A stretch of DNA of 64,000 bases from an uncultured Planctomycetota bacterium (GTDB lineage Bacteria > Planctomycetota > Planctomycetia > Gemmatales > Gemmataceae). Both the position numbers and the translations under genes were made by a program. Shown here in pieces: positions 49,214 to 59,244 of this stretch (position 1 is the stretch's first letter; each line of letters opens with the position of its first letter). Location of the stretch: the NCBI GenBank assembly GCA_963849325.1, contig CAWKHF010000009.1:96001-160000 (forward strand), read 5' to 3'. Below the pieces are notes generated by a model. It did no database searches. It saw only the letters and a program-made list of their open reading frames with translations, and was not told the origin of the DNA.

Positions 49214-50785
49214 TCATTCCGGCTTGCTCGGCAGCGGCTCCAACCCCTTGTTCGCGGGTCCGACCACAACGCCGCCGGTGCAGCGGAAGCGCGAGCCGTG
49301 GCAGGGACAATCCCAGGTCTTCTCCGACGCATTCCAGGACACCATACAGCCCAGGTGGGGACACACGGCGGAAAAGGCGTGGACGACCCCGGAATCGTCG
49401 CGGTAGACAGCGGCCTTGCTCGCGCCGTGACGGATCACCGCGCCCGAGCCGGCGGCGATGTCCGCGACCGAACCGACGTCGCCGCCGGTGAGCCAGTCGG
49501 CGTATTGCCGGGCGACGTTGAGGTTTTCGCTCAGAAATTCCTTGGCGGCCCCCAGCGTTTTACGGGACGGATCGTAGAGCGCAGCCCAGGGATTGTCGCG
49601 CCCCAGAATGAGGTCGGTCAACAACAGGCCGGCGATGGTGCCGTGCGTCATTCCCATGCCGGAGTCGCCGGTGGCGATGTACACGTTGTCGGCATCCCCC
49701 GGATTGCGGCCGATGAAGGCGACGCCGTCGATTGGTTCCATGACCTGCCCCGACCAGCGAAACGACACCGGCCCCATGCGCGGAAAGCGCTCGCGCACCC
49801 ACGCTTCCAGGCGGTGATAGCGCTCTTCCTGATCGCTGGCCTGGCCCGTCTTGTGGTCCTCGCCGCCGACGATCAGCAACTCCTCTTTGTCCGGGTCCAG
49901 CGCCGTGCCTCCTTCGGCCGCGGCGGACGTTTCCAGTTTCTGCAGGCGAACGTAGTGATAAGGGTCGAGCGTGTCCCAGTACAGCGCTTTCGTCACCCAG
50001 CCGCGCGGGACGGCAGCGGCGATGACGTAGCTCAGATAGGGCGCCTGCTTGGTGTGGATGGCGAGCCGATCGTTGACAGGCGTGTTGGTGGCGACCACCA
50101 CGGCGGAGCAGGCGACCTCCGCTCCGTCCGCCGTCCTCACCCGCGCCGAAGGGCCGCCGTCCATCTGCTGCGCATGGGTGCCGATGAAGATGCGTCCTCC
50201 CTTGCGCGTGAAGGCCAACGCCAATCCACTCAGGTAGCGAAGGGGGTGAAACTGCCCCTGTCCCGGAAAGCGTAGACAGGGCCGTTCCGGCCACGGTGAC
50301 GGCAGCTTGTCGAGCAACTCCACGGAAGTCAGACCGGCGCGGCGGGCGGCGTCTCGTTCCTGCTCCAAAATGTCCGCCGATTCGCCGGGCGGAACGAACA
50401 GGTAGCCGTCCAGCCGTTCGTAATCGCAGTCGATTTGTTCCTGTCGGGCGATCTCACCGATCTTCTCGATGGCGGCGGTATGGCTGTGGGCGGCCAGGCG
50501 AGCACCCTCGGACCCGTGCAGGCGCTCGATCTCGACATAGCGGTCGTCCAGCGCGTTGGACAGATGCGCCGTCGTTTTGCGAGTCTGCCCGTCGGCGATG
50601 GGTCCGTCGTCGAGGACGACGACGGACTTGCCGGCGGAGGCCAACAAGTAGGCCGTGCTCAGCCCGGCGATGCCGGCGCCGACCACGCAGACGTCAGCCT
50701 TGGTGTTGTGGAAAAGCGGCGCTTGGCGCAAATGGGAGGACGTTGCCGACCAGTAGGAGAGGTGCTGCCGGGTCTCCGTCTGCAT
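49214..50785 (-). CDS. FAD-dependent oxidoreductase with C-terminal Rieske 2Fe-2S domain (YhfW-like)
   Basis: [27 protein letters not shown]...[10 protein letters not shown]. Confidence 0.93.
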   Translation of the reverse strand: MQTETRQHLSYWSATSSHLRQAPLFHNTKADVCVVGAGIAGLSTAYLLASAGKSVVVLDDGPIADGQTRKTTAHLSNALDDRYVEIERLHGSEGARLAAHSHTAAIEKIGEIARQEQIDCDYERLDGYLFVPPGESADILEQERDAARRAGLTSVELLDKLPSPWPERPCLRFPGQGQFHPLRYLSGLALAFTRKGGRIFIGTHAQQMDGGPSARVRTADGAEVACSAVVVATNTPVNDRLAIHTKQAPYLSYVIAAAVPRGWVTKALYWDTLDPYHYVRLQKLETSAAAEGGTALDPDKEELLIVGGEDHKTGQASDQEERYHRLEAWVRERFPRMGPVSFRWSGQVMEPIDGVAFIGRNPGDADNVYIATGDSGMGMTHGTIAGLLLTDLILGRDNPWAALYDPSRKTLGAAKEFLSENLNVARQYADWLTGGDVGSVADIAAGSGAVIRHGASKAAVYRDDSGVVHAFSAVCPHLGCMVSWNASEKTWDCPCHGSRFRCTGGVVVGPANKGLEPLPSKPE

Positions 50786-50865
50786 GGCGCGGCTCCTTGG
50801 CGAGAACGAACGGGAGGGGCCAGCAAATAAAGGTGCCGTGCCCCTCCCCAATGAGAGAGGGCGGA

Positions 50866-51372
50866 TCAAACCCCTTGCGGTTGATGCTGGGCGGCCAGGT
50901 TGACCATGCCTTCGGCAATCTGCGTCAATTTGTGGTCGGCCTCCTTCTCCTCGTGCAGCGTCTGCTCGATGAGGTCGGCAATCTCGTGGTGATTCAGCTG
51001 CCGCGCCCAGGTGCGCAGGCAACCGTAGACGGCCATTTCGTAGTGCTCCACGCGCTGGGCGGCGGCGATCAGGCCCGCGTCCAGGACCATCGGCTCGCCA
51101 TCGGCATCAAGGATGTCCTCGCCCTCCTCAATGATCCCTTGCATGCCGTCGCACGATTTGCCGCGCGCCTTCTTGCCCAACAGGTCGAAGACGCGCTCCA
51201 AACGTTCGATGTGTCCGCGCGTCTGGTCCAGGTGCTCCTCGAAGGCGGCACGAAGTTCGTCCGCCGAGGCCGCCTTGGCCATTTTCGACAGCGCCTTGAT
51301 GAGCTGCTTCTCCGCGTCATACGTGTCGCGCACTTGCTCGAAGAACAGATCCTCCAGCGAATGCAGTTTCAT
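50866..51372 (-). CDS. ferritin-like YciE/YciF (DUF892) stress protein
   Basis: [42 protein letters not shown]. Confidence 0.94.
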   Translation of the reverse strand: MKLHSLEDLFFEQVRDTYDAEKQLIKALSKMAKAASADELRAAFEEHLDQTRGHIERLERVFDLLGKKARGKSCDGMQGIIEEGEDILDADGEPMVLDAGLIAAAQRVEHYEMAVYGCLRTWARQLNHHEIADLIEQTLHEEKEADHKLTQIAEGMVNLAAQHQPQGV

Positions 51373-51442
51373 GAATCACCTCTCCCGTGGCAACAGCATC
51401 GTGGTCCGACCCGGACCTGTGCCGGGTTTCTCTTCTCCTACG

Positions 51443-51458
51443 TGCAAACGTCAGACCG
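51443..51458 (-). promoter_or_regulatory. sigma54-type promoter CGGTCTGACGTTTGCA
   Basis: GG-N10-GC 71 nt upstream of the yciF-like gene; weaker -24 box. Confidence 0.5.
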
Positions 51459-51506
51459 AAACGACCACTCCCTTCGGTCCCGAGTCCTGGCTCAGGGTAC
51501 GGGGAC

Positions 51507-51522
51507 GGGTATGGCGATTGCA
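51507..51522 (+). promoter_or_regulatory. sigma54-type promoter GGGTATGGCGATTGCA
   Basis: GG-N10-GC 48 nt upstream of small ORF 51570. Confidence 0.6.
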
Positions 51523-51569
51523 CGGAAGGGAGAAGTGGATTTCCGAACATCTCTTACAGGAGAGGACCA

Positions 51570-51791
51570 ATGGGCCAGCAGAAGAAAGCCCGAGACGGGC
51601 CGGCGACGGGAGGGTCGTCCAAACCCCTGGATCCCGAAGCGGCGCAGCCGCCGGCTTCTCCGGGAACGGACCCAACTAATCCGCACAACCAGGAACCGAC
51701 GGGAGAGTGGGTCGCCGCCGAACGCGCCTCCGACCGCCGTAACAGCGAGCCGGGATTGACCGAGCACGACCGCCAACAGCGCAAATACTGA
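51570..51791 (+). CDS. small hydrophilic hypothetical protein (73 aa)
   Basis: AGGAGAGG RBS plus sigma54 box; hydrophilin-like composition. Confidence 0.65.
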   Translation: MGQQKKARDGPATGGSSKPLDPEAAQPPASPGTDPTNPHNQEPTGEWVAAERASDRRNSEPGLTEHDRQQRKY

Positions 51792-51801
51792 GGATCGACC
51801 A

Positions 51802-51887
51802 AGCCGCGACTATCCGAGCCGCGACCGTCAGGGAGCGGGGCTTTCTCCGCTCCCTGACGGTCGCGGCTCGGACAGTCGCGGCTCGGA
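51802..51887. repeat. REP-like palindrome family E (CCGAGCCGCGACCGTCAGGGAGCGG) with partial flanking duplications
   Basis: inverted repeat 51813-51872; partial arm also at 15560-15574. Confidence 0.88.
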
Positions 51888-51898
51888 AGGGTCTGTTT

Positions 51899-51914
51899 CG
51901 GCATATGAATTGCT
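51899..51914 (+). promoter_or_regulatory. sigma54-type promoter CGGCATATGAATTGCT
   Basis: GG-N10-GC upstream of the response regulator. Confidence 0.65.
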
Positions 51915-52086
51915 GAAGTTGAGCGGGTAAGTTATGCCGAAAAGGAAGACCCTAGCACGGAGGTTTGGCGACGAATCTGCAATGAAGCATCCCGGGAGAG
52001 TGGAGCCTCCCCAGTCGGATGGATCCTCCAGGAGTGGAGGTTTCGCTCGACTGACTCCTGATGATTGCCCGGAATGAGGTTCCTCC

Positions 52087-52467
52087 ATGAGCGTCTATCA
52101 AGCGGGCAGGAGCATTTTGCTTGTCGAAGATGACGAAATCGTTCGTCGTGCCATGCAGATGGTCCTGGAGTGGGAAGGTTATCCGGTCGATTGCGTGACC
52201 AACGGACAGGAAGCGCTCGATTTCCTCCGGGCCGGCCATCGCCCCTCGCTCATCCTGCTCGATGTGATGATGCCCGTGCTCGACGGCGAGCAATTTCGCC
52301 GGCAGCAGAAGCGCGACCCGGACCTCGCTTCCATTCCCGTCATCGTCGTTTCCGCCACCAGCCAGGCCGCGACCGTGGATGCGGTCTGCCACGTCCGCAA
52401 GCCATTCGAGGTCGAGGAGTTGTTGACCGCCATCCGCGAACATGGTCTTTCGCAGTCGGGAGCGTAA
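52087..52467 (+). CDS. single-domain response regulator (receiver)
   Basis: ILLVEDD, ILLDVMMP.LDG, VVSA, KPF. Confidence 0.93.
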   Translation: MSVYQAGRSILLVEDDEIVRRAMQMVLEWEGYPVDCVTNGQEALDFLRAGHRPSLILLDVMMPVLDGEQFRRQQKRDPDLASIPVIVVSATSQAATVDAVCHVRKPFEVEELLTAIREHGLSQSGA

Positions 52468-52480
52468 GAGGCACGAACCG

Positions 52481-52543
52481 AATGTGGCGGCACGTTTGTA
52501 ACGTGCCGTACAATCCAACACGTTGAAAACGTGTTGCCACATT
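52481..52543. repeat. double-hairpin element (GGCACGTT-N3-AACGTGCC twice) closed by AATGTGGC/GCCACATT
   Basis: directly visible between convergent genes. Confidence 0.75.
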
Positions 52544-52581
52544 TTGGTAGAGCCTCTAAACGAAGAAAGACATTCCTTCGC

Positions 52582-54386
52582 TTACGCTCCCGGCTCCGAC
52601 TTCGCTCGCATGGACAAATCCTCGCTCAGGGAGGAGACGGCCTCTTCCGATGGCTGGGTCTGCCTCAGCCGCCATCTGCCGTCGCCGTACAATTCGAGCC
52701 ATTGGTCATGATAGGGCTGCAATCCCGTGGGGTCTCCGACGCTGACGTAGGTGATCGAGGAACGGACGAGCGCCTCATAGAGGTGCTGCAAGCGTGAAGA
52801 CCCCAAGGCCCAGGGTACGCCGTCCAGGAAGACGAAGCGCGGTTTGGCGAGCAGAAGCCGCGCCAGCGCCAGGGCGTGCTGGTCTCCCGCCGAGAGGTCG
52901 TTGCGCCAGTCCCATTCGCCGTCCAGTCCGCCCTCGTCCCGCGCCAGGTAATCCAGACCCACATCGCGCAGGGTGTCGCGCAATGTTTCGTCATCCGCTT
53001 CCTCGTCGTCAAGCCCGTAACGGAGCAGGTCGCGCAATCGTCCGGTGGCGGTGTACAGCCGCTGCGGCAGGAACACGACGTCGCCCGAAGGTGGGCAGAA
53101 GACCTTACCCTCGCCCTCGCCCCAGAGTCCGACCGTGGCGAGGCACAGCGCCGTCTTGCCGCAGCCAGATGGCCCGCTGACAAGCAGCCTGCGGCCTTCC
53201 GCAACTTCGAGGGTGAGGTCGCGGACGAGGACCCGCTTGTCCGCAGGCGTCCACAGCGTCAAACCTTCGTAAGCGATGCGGTGCTTGTCCTCGGCCGTCT
53301 CGATGCCGGGCGCGGCTTCTCGGGCTGTGCCGGTTCCTCGGCAGAGGGAGCCGCTGGCTCCGGTTCCCCACGGCCGGACGGCGGCGCCGACTCGGTCGCC
53401 TCCCACATGGAGCCGAGGCGGTTGACCACGGCGGCGAAGGTGGACATCTCCTGGAATTTCGTGACGATGAGCGAGAAAGCGCCGACCACCTGGCCGAACG
53501 CGACGGCGGCCTGCGGGATCGTTCCGAACTCGACGACGCCGCGGAAGTACAAGGGCGCCACCACCACGGCGGGGAGGATCTGAATCAGGTAGTTGTACTC
53601 CTTGGTGAAGAAGCCGACGTTGCGGGTGACGGCGATGATAGCGCGGAAATTCGCCACCAGCGCGTTCAGCCGATCGAGGAGGCGCGACTTCTCGTCACGG
53701 GGACCATCGCGGTCGGCGTCCGTCTGCCGGCGCTCGCGGACGCGGCCCAGAGCGAAGCGGAAGTCGGCCTCTTTCTGCAACTGGCGGTTGTTGAGCGGCA
53801 CCAGGCGGCGCCCCAGGAGAATCGTGCCCAGCGAGCCGGCGGCGGAGTAAAGCACGGCCGTCAGAACCAGCCAGGGCGTGATCGACCACAGCACGCCCAG
53901 GAACGCCAGCAAGGTCAGAATGCCGTTGAGGATCAGGACGATGAACGACAGGCTCGACGTGGTGAACGTCTTGACGTCCTCCTGGATGCGCTGGTCCGGG
54001 TTGTCGATGGACTGGTTGACGGTTCGCCGATGGTAGGCGCGGTGGGCCAGGTAACGGTCGAGCAGACGGCGCGTCAGCCACTCACGCCAGAATAGCCCCA
54101 GCCGTTGCTCGGTGAAATAGGAGAAGACCTCGCCGATCGTGGCGAGGGCAAATACGCCCGCCAGCACGCCGCCGAAAAGGTAAAAGCGAGCGCCATGCCG
54201 CTGCTCCAGCGCCGTCATGAAGTCGCGCATGACGTAGCTGTTGAAGAAGTTCAGGCCGGTGACCACCAGCAGCAGGACGACGAGGATAATGAGGGCGGCG
54301 ACCGCTTTCTTGCGGGCCTCGGACACAAAAAAGGGCCAGGCGATGGTGGCGAATCGCCGCCATAACGGATGTTTGAAGAGGCGCAT
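52582..54386 (-). CDS. SbmA/BacA-like (YddA/ABCD-type) transporter with degenerate NBD, probable frameshift ~53290
   Basis: DNPDQRIQEDV, EADFRFAL.RVRE, FAAVVNRLG; GPSGCGKT, FLPQR. Confidence 0.85.
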
Positions 54387-54458
54387 GGGTCCTTGCCTAC
54401 CGCGGTCCTCCAAGGGCGTGGCCACAGCTTCACCGGGCGAGGGTCAGCGACCCGGACG

Positions 54459-54947
54459 TCACAGTCCGAGTGGAGGGACGGAGGCCTCTAGCCCGGCCGA
54501 GGGTTCCTGACGGCGGATGGGGATGCGCCGGCCCTTGGCCTCTTCCGGCAGCGGTAGATGCAGTTCGAGGATGCCATTGCGGTACGAAGCCTGCACCCGA
54601 TCCGGGTTGATGCCGTGCGGGACGCGAAGCGTCTCCTCATAATGGCTGTAGCGGTTGCCTTCCTCTCCTGTCCACCGGCGATCGGCCCGGATGGTCAGCA
54701 CCTCATCGTGAAGGGTCACGTCGAAGTCGTTGACCTCCCAGCCCGGCAGGGCCGCCTTGACCACCATCTCGGTATCGCGCGTATCCACGTCGAGCATACC
54801 GGACGGCATCGGACCCTGTGCGGATCGACCGCCGACCAAACGGTCGAACAGAGCACGGGCCTCGCGCCGCAGTTCGTCCAGGGGGTGAAACCCGCGCGCG
54901 GACAAATCGTAGCCGCGCGGATGCTTCCAGGGGATGAGGTTCATCAT
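54459..54947 (-). CDS. Hsp20/alpha-crystallin small heat-shock protein
   Basis: [34 protein letters not shown]. Confidence 0.9.
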   Translation of the reverse strand: MMNLIPWKHPRGYDLSARGFHPLDELRREARALFDRLVGGRSAQGPMPSGMLDVDTRDTEMVVKAALPGWEVNDFDVTLHDEVLTIRADRRWTGEEGNRYSHYEETLRVPHGINPDRVQASYRNGILELHLPLPEEAKGRRIPIRRQEPSAGLEASVPPLGL

Positions 54948-55042
54948 GGCGATCGCTCCGTTCTTGGGATTCGTCCACGCCGCTCCGAGGTCCGAAAAGG
55001 CAAAAATCGAGCCGACATCATCGGCCGGATGCAGAATCTAAA

Positions 55043-55086
55043 CGCAAACCCGATGCCACAGCGAGGATAACGGCGCGCCGTATGCT
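55043..55086. promoter_or_regulatory. back-to-back sigma54-type promoters: TGGCATCGGGTTTGCG (-, hsp20) and CGGCGCGCCGTATGCT (+, fumC)
   Basis: both GG-N10-GC at 55043-55058 and 55071-55086. Confidence 0.65.
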
Positions 55087-55120
55087 CCCGAAACGGAACA
55101 GCGAACGGAGGACACTTCCC

Positions 55121-56593
55121 ATGACTCAGTCCCACGTCAAAACCTTCGAGAAGGAGCACACCCCACCAATCCTTGACCTCCCTGTCGGGACGGGACAGAC
55201 GGGCACGCGCATCGAGTCGGACTCGATGGGCGAGATCGCCGTACCGGCGGAACACTACTGGGGCGCCCAGACGCAGCGATCGCTGATCCACTTTTCCATC
55301 GGCGCCGATCGCATGCCGCTGCCGGTGTATCACGCCTACGGCTTCGTCAAGAAGGCGGCGGCGCAGACCAACGCCGACCTCGGCCGACTGCCGCGCTGGA
55401 AGGCCGACCTCATCGCGCGCGTCGCCGACGAAGTGATCGCCGGCCGGCTCGACGACGAATTTCCGCTATACGTTTGGCAGACCGGCTCCGGTACGCAGAC
55501 GAACATGAACGTCAACGAGGTCGTCGCCAACCGTGCGATCCAGCTCACCGGCGGCACGCTCGGCAGCAAACGGCCCATCCATCCCAACGACGACGTCAAC
55601 AAGAGCCAATCGTCCAACGACACCTTTCCGACGGCCATGCACGTTGCCGCCGCGCGGGAGATTCACCAGCGCTTGCTGCCTTCGGTCACGGCGCTGCGGG
55701 ACGCGATCGCGGCCAAATCGCGGCAGTTCGCCGACGTGGTCAAGATCGGCCGGACGCACCTGCAAGATGCGGTGCCGCTGACCGTCGGCCAGGAGTGGTC
55801 CGGCTACGTCGCCCAGCTCGACGACGCGCTGGCGCGAGTCCGGGACGTCTTGCCCGGACTCTATCGACTGGCGATGGGAGGCACGGCCGTCGGCACCGGG
55901 TTGAATGCTCCGGAAGGCTTCGCCGAGGCGGCGGCCGCTCGAATCGCCGAGTATACCGGCCTGCCGTTCGTGACGGCGCCGAACAAGTTCGCGGCCCTGG
56001 CCGCCACCGACGCCATCGTGGCCGTTCACGGCACCCTGCGCGGACTGGCGGCGGCGCTGATGAAATTCGCCAACGACGTCCGCTGGCTCGCCTCCGGTCC
56101 ACGCTGCGGACTGCACGAACTGGTCCTACCGGAGAACGAGCCGGGTTCGTCGATCATGCCCGGCAAGGTCAACCCCACGCAGGCCGAGGCGATGCTGATG
56201 ATCTGCATTCAGGTGATGGGACTGGACGCCGCCGTCGGCTTCGCCGGCGCGATGGGAAACTTTGAACTGCACACCTTCCGTCCTCTCCTGATTCACAACA
56301 CGCTGCACAGCATCCGCCTGCTCGCCGATGTGTGCGAAACATTCCGCCGGCATTGCGCGGAGGGAATCCAGCTCGACCAGGAGCGTATCCACGAGATGGT
56401 GGGCCGCTCCCTCATGCTTGTCACCGCACTGAGTCCGATCCTCGGCTACGATGGCGCCGCGGCCATCGCCCACCAGGCGCACGTGGAAAACAAGACACTG
56501 CGTGAGGTAGCGGTCGTCGGCGGTCATATCTCGGCCGAGGAGTTCGACCGCCTCGTCGATCCGTCCCGGATGACCAGCCCCCCGGCGCCATAA
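55121..56593 (+). CDS. fumC: class II fumarate hydratase
   Basis: [53 protein letters not shown]. Confidence 0.96.
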   Translation: MTQSHVKTFEKEHTPPILDLPVGTGQTGTRIESDSMGEIAVPAEHYWGAQTQRSLIHFSIGADRMPLPVYHAYGFVKKAAAQTNADLGRLPRWKADLIARVADEVIAGRLDDEFPLYVWQTGSGTQTNMNVNEVVANRAIQLTGGTLGSKRPIHPNDDVNKSQSSNDTFPTAMHVAAAREIHQRLLPSVTALRDAIAAKSRQFADVVKIGRTHLQDAVPLTVGQEWSGYVAQLDDALARVRDVLPGLYRLAMGGTAVGTGLNAPEGFAEAAAARIAEYTGLPFVTAPNKFAALAATDAIVAVHGTLRGLAAALMKFANDVRWLASGPRCGLHELVLPENEPGSSIMPGKVNPTQAEAMLMICIQVMGLDAAVGFAGAMGNFELHTFRPLLIHNTLHSIRLLADVCETFRRHCAEGIQLDQERIHEMVGRSLMLVTALSPILGYDGAAAIAHQAHVENKTLREVAVVGGHISAEEFDRLVDPSRMTSPPAP

Positions 56594-56674
56594 CCGTAAG
56601 TTTGTTTAGCCGCGACGCGCAGCGGAGCGCGGCTGCCGCGCTCCGCTGCGCGTCGCGGCTAAACAAACTTACGG
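56594..56674. repeat. REP-like palindrome family D with extended arms, overlapping the SDR stop
   Basis: CCGTAAGTTTGTTTAGCC...GGCTAAACAAACTTACGG. Confidence 0.92.
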
Positions 56675-57700
56675 GCGTGAGGGCAATCCCATCTCGTTGT
56701 TCTCGCGGGCGGCTCGCTCGGTTCGGGCGGTGAGCCACGAAGGCGCGGCCGGCGATTCGCTCTCCCAGCCATAGGCGGGTGCGCTGCCGATGCCGCCCGG
56801 TCCCGGCAGCAATCGATTCACCCAGCCGCACAGGTCGGAGACCAGACCCGGAGCGATGCCGTGCAGAAGCACCCCCAGCTTCGCCGGCAACGACAGGACG
56901 ACCTCCGCCTTGCCATGCCGGCAGGCATCGAGGATGTCCCGGGCGGCGCGCTCGGCGCTGATGGAGAAGATCGGCAACGAATCGGAGAGAGTGAACCAGG
57001 CGTACTCCGCCCGATGTTGTCCCTTGAACGTGGCGTTGCGCGGACTGCCGGTGCGCATCAAGCCGGGGCAGACGGTGGTGACGACGATGCCGTCCTTGGC
57101 CAACTCCGCTCGCAAGCCCTCCGACAGTCCCACCAACGCGAATTTGCTGCCACTGTAGGGCAGCAGGTGAGGCACGCTGATCTTGCCGCCGATGGAAGTG
57201 ATGTTGACGATGCGGCCAGCGCGGCGCTGGCGCATCTCCGGCAGCACTTCGAGGATCGTATGCACCGCCGCGAAATAGTTAATCGCCATGGCATCATAGA
57301 AGTCTTCTCGCGTCATCGTCTCGACGGGTCCGACGCCGATGATGCCGGCATTGTTGATGAGCACGTCGATGGCGCCGAAATGCCGGCGCACCTCGTCCAC
57401 GAACGCGCCGACCTGATCGCGGTAACGCAGGTCGCAGGTCTGGGCCACCACCTGAGCACCGCGGTCGGTGAGATCCTCGCGGGCGCGGCGAACCTCCTCG
57501 GGGTCGCGGGCACACACCGCCAGTTTGGCTCCCTCGTGCGCCAACTGGCGGGCCAGGACCAAGCCCAGACCCCGCGTACCGCCGGTGAGCAACACCGTCT
57601 TGTCGCAAAAACAGTAGGCCGTACGCGCCTGGTACACACGGTAGGCGAGCCACGAGGCCAGGCCCGCCCCGGCCAACAGCATCGCTTTCTGTTTATTCAT
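56669..57700 (-). CDS. short-chain dehydrogenase/reductase with N-terminal membrane anchor
   Basis: TGGTRGLG, NNAG, YSGSK, PGLMRTGS. Confidence 0.93.
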   Translation of the reverse strand: MNKQKAMLLAGAGLASWLAYRVYQARTAYCFCDKTVLLTGGTRGLGLVLARQLAHEGAKLAVCARDPEEVRRAREDLTDRGAQVVAQTCDLRYRDQVGAFVDEVRRHFGAIDVLINNAGIIGVGPVETMTREDFYDAMAINYFAAVHTILEVLPEMRQRRAGRIVNITSIGGKISVPHLLPYSGSKFALVGLSEGLRAELAKDGIVVTTVCPGLMRTGSPRNATFKGQHRAEYAWFTLSDSLPIFSISAERAARDILDACRHGKAEVVLSLPAKLGVLLHGIAPGLVSDLCGWVNRLLPGPGGIGSAPAYGWESESPAAPSWLTARTERAARENNEMGLPSRP

Positions 57701-57724
57701 GACACAACCTCTCCGTCAAAGACG

Positions 57725-58867
57725 TCACGAACCTCCCGAAGGCGATTCGGCGTGAACCAGATCGGGCTTCTTGATCGGCGGGCGCTGAATCTCCTGGTCC
57801 GGCGCCGGTCGCCGCTCGCGCTCGAACGGCCCCAGTCGCACCGGCTGGCCCGACTGGGCCGACTGGTACAGGGCACGGATGACGCGGACATCGGCCAAAC
57901 CCTCCTGGCCCGACGGCTCCGGAGCTTCGCCCTTCAAAACGCAGTTGGAGAAGTAGAGTAGCTGCGGCCCGAACTGATCGCGCTTCGAGAAGGCCGTCTC
58001 CTTCGTCTTGCCATCCATCGTCAAATAATGCTTGAGTTCGCCGACGAAATCGTAAGCCGGGTCGAGCCGCAGGTCGCCCTTGCTGCCGACCACGCGATAA
58101 GCGGATACCGATGCGGTGCTGAAACTACACGTGAACGCCGCCACCCGATCGCCGGGGAAACGCAGGATAGCGCTGGCCATCTCCTCGACCTCCCGGAACC
58201 GTTCCTCGCCGTTATTGGCGCAGACGGCGAAGACTTCGCTCGGCTCGGCCCGGAAGAGGTAGCGAGCGGCGTTGATGCAGTAAATGCCGATGTCGTAGAG
58301 AGTGCCGCCTCCGGTCTCCTTCCGCAGCCGGATGTCGCCCGGCTTCACCTCTTGCGTGAACGTGGAATTGAAAAGGCGAACGTCTCCCAGCTGGCCCGAC
58401 TGCACGAATTCAATGGCCTTCAAGTTCGCCTCCTCGAAATGGAGACGGTAGGCAACCATCAACTTCACCTCGTTGTCCTTGGCCTCGGCGATCATGACCT
58501 CGCAGTCTTCCTCGGTCAGGGCCATCGGCTTTTCGCAGAGGATGTGAACACCGGCTCGCGCCGCTCGCACCGTGTAGTCGCGGTGCATGCTGTTAGGCAA
58601 ACCGATGTAGACGGCGTCCACCTCGCCGTTGTTCAGGCAGTCCTCGTACTGCTCATACGAATAGAGGCGTTTCACACCGTACTGCCGGCCGAGTTCCTTG
58701 AGCTTGTCGGCATCGCTGGAGACGAGAGCGGTCAGTTCCGAGTTTTCTTTCGCATTGGCGAAAGCCGGGAGAAGGGCCACCTGCGAGATGTAACCGAGGC
58801 CGACCACGGCGTAACGGACCTTGCCGTTGGCTCCCTGGCGCGTGCGTTGCCTGTTCGCGTTTTTCAT
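57725..58867 (-). CDS. Gfo/Idh/MocA family oxidoreductase
   Basis: VVGLGYI, LPNSMH, CEKPMA, AYRLHFE, GGGTLYDIGIYC. Confidence 0.93.
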   Translation of the reverse strand: MKNANRQRTRQGANGKVRYAVVGLGYISQVALLPAFANAKENSELTALVSSDADKLKELGRQYGVKRLYSYEQYEDCLNNGEVDAVYIGLPNSMHRDYTVRAARAGVHILCEKPMALTEEDCEVMIAEAKDNEVKLMVAYRLHFEEANLKAIEFVQSGQLGDVRLFNSTFTQEVKPGDIRLRKETGGGTLYDIGIYCINAARYLFRAEPSEVFAVCANNGEERFREVEEMASAILRFPGDRVAAFTCSFSTASVSAYRVVGSKGDLRLDPAYDFVGELKHYLTMDGKTKETAFSKRDQFGPQLLYFSNCVLKGEAPEPSGQEGLADVRVIRALYQSAQSGQPVRLGPFERERRPAPDQEIQRPPIKKPDLVHAESPSGGS

Positions 58868-58941
58868 GGGAGATTTCTCGTGAGGGTTGCGACAAAGCCG
58901 ATCGCGGTTGCGACCCGCGACGGCATGTTCTCCTTATTCCG

Positions 58942-58957
58942 TGCAATGCCGATGCCA
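58942..58957 (-). promoter_or_regulatory. sigma54-type promoter TGGCATCGGCATTGCA
   Basis: near-consensus, 75 nt upstream of the Gfo gene. Confidence 0.75.
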
Positions 58958-59170
58958 CGAGCTCTCTTCGTGCCCGATGAAAATGCTGGGCTTTTTTCGG
59001 ACTGCAAGGCGGGAAGGAAACGCGAACTTTGAGGAAGAGTGGTACGCAATGGAGCGCAGCGGGGTGCGCTGGCGTCTTGAAGCTCTATGTCGCCGAGGCA
59101 TCCCGTTTCCCATCGTCCACGCGGGGTCGCAGGCTTGCGAACCGCCGCGAAACACTTGAGGACGGCACTA

Positions 59171-59186
59171 TGGCATCTCAATTGCT
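59171..59186 (+). promoter_or_regulatory. sigma54-type promoter TGGCATCTCAATTGCT
   Basis: near-consensus, 59 nt upstream of the SDR gene. Confidence 0.78.
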
Positions 59187-59244
59187 GAGTTACTGGTAAG
59201 GCTGACCCTCAACGCCCACGGAACCGCAAGCGATAGGATTGTCC

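Noticed and set aside
50822-50838. sigma54 box CGGCACCTTTATTTGCT before the FAD/Rieske gene
   Set aside because: Spacing is GG-N11-GC, one base too long. It may be a homopolymer error, so it was not counted.
51985-52045. Short GAGTGGAG duplication in the response regulator leader as a riboswitch
   Set aside because: Only an 8-nt repeat; I could not support a recognisable RNA family fold.
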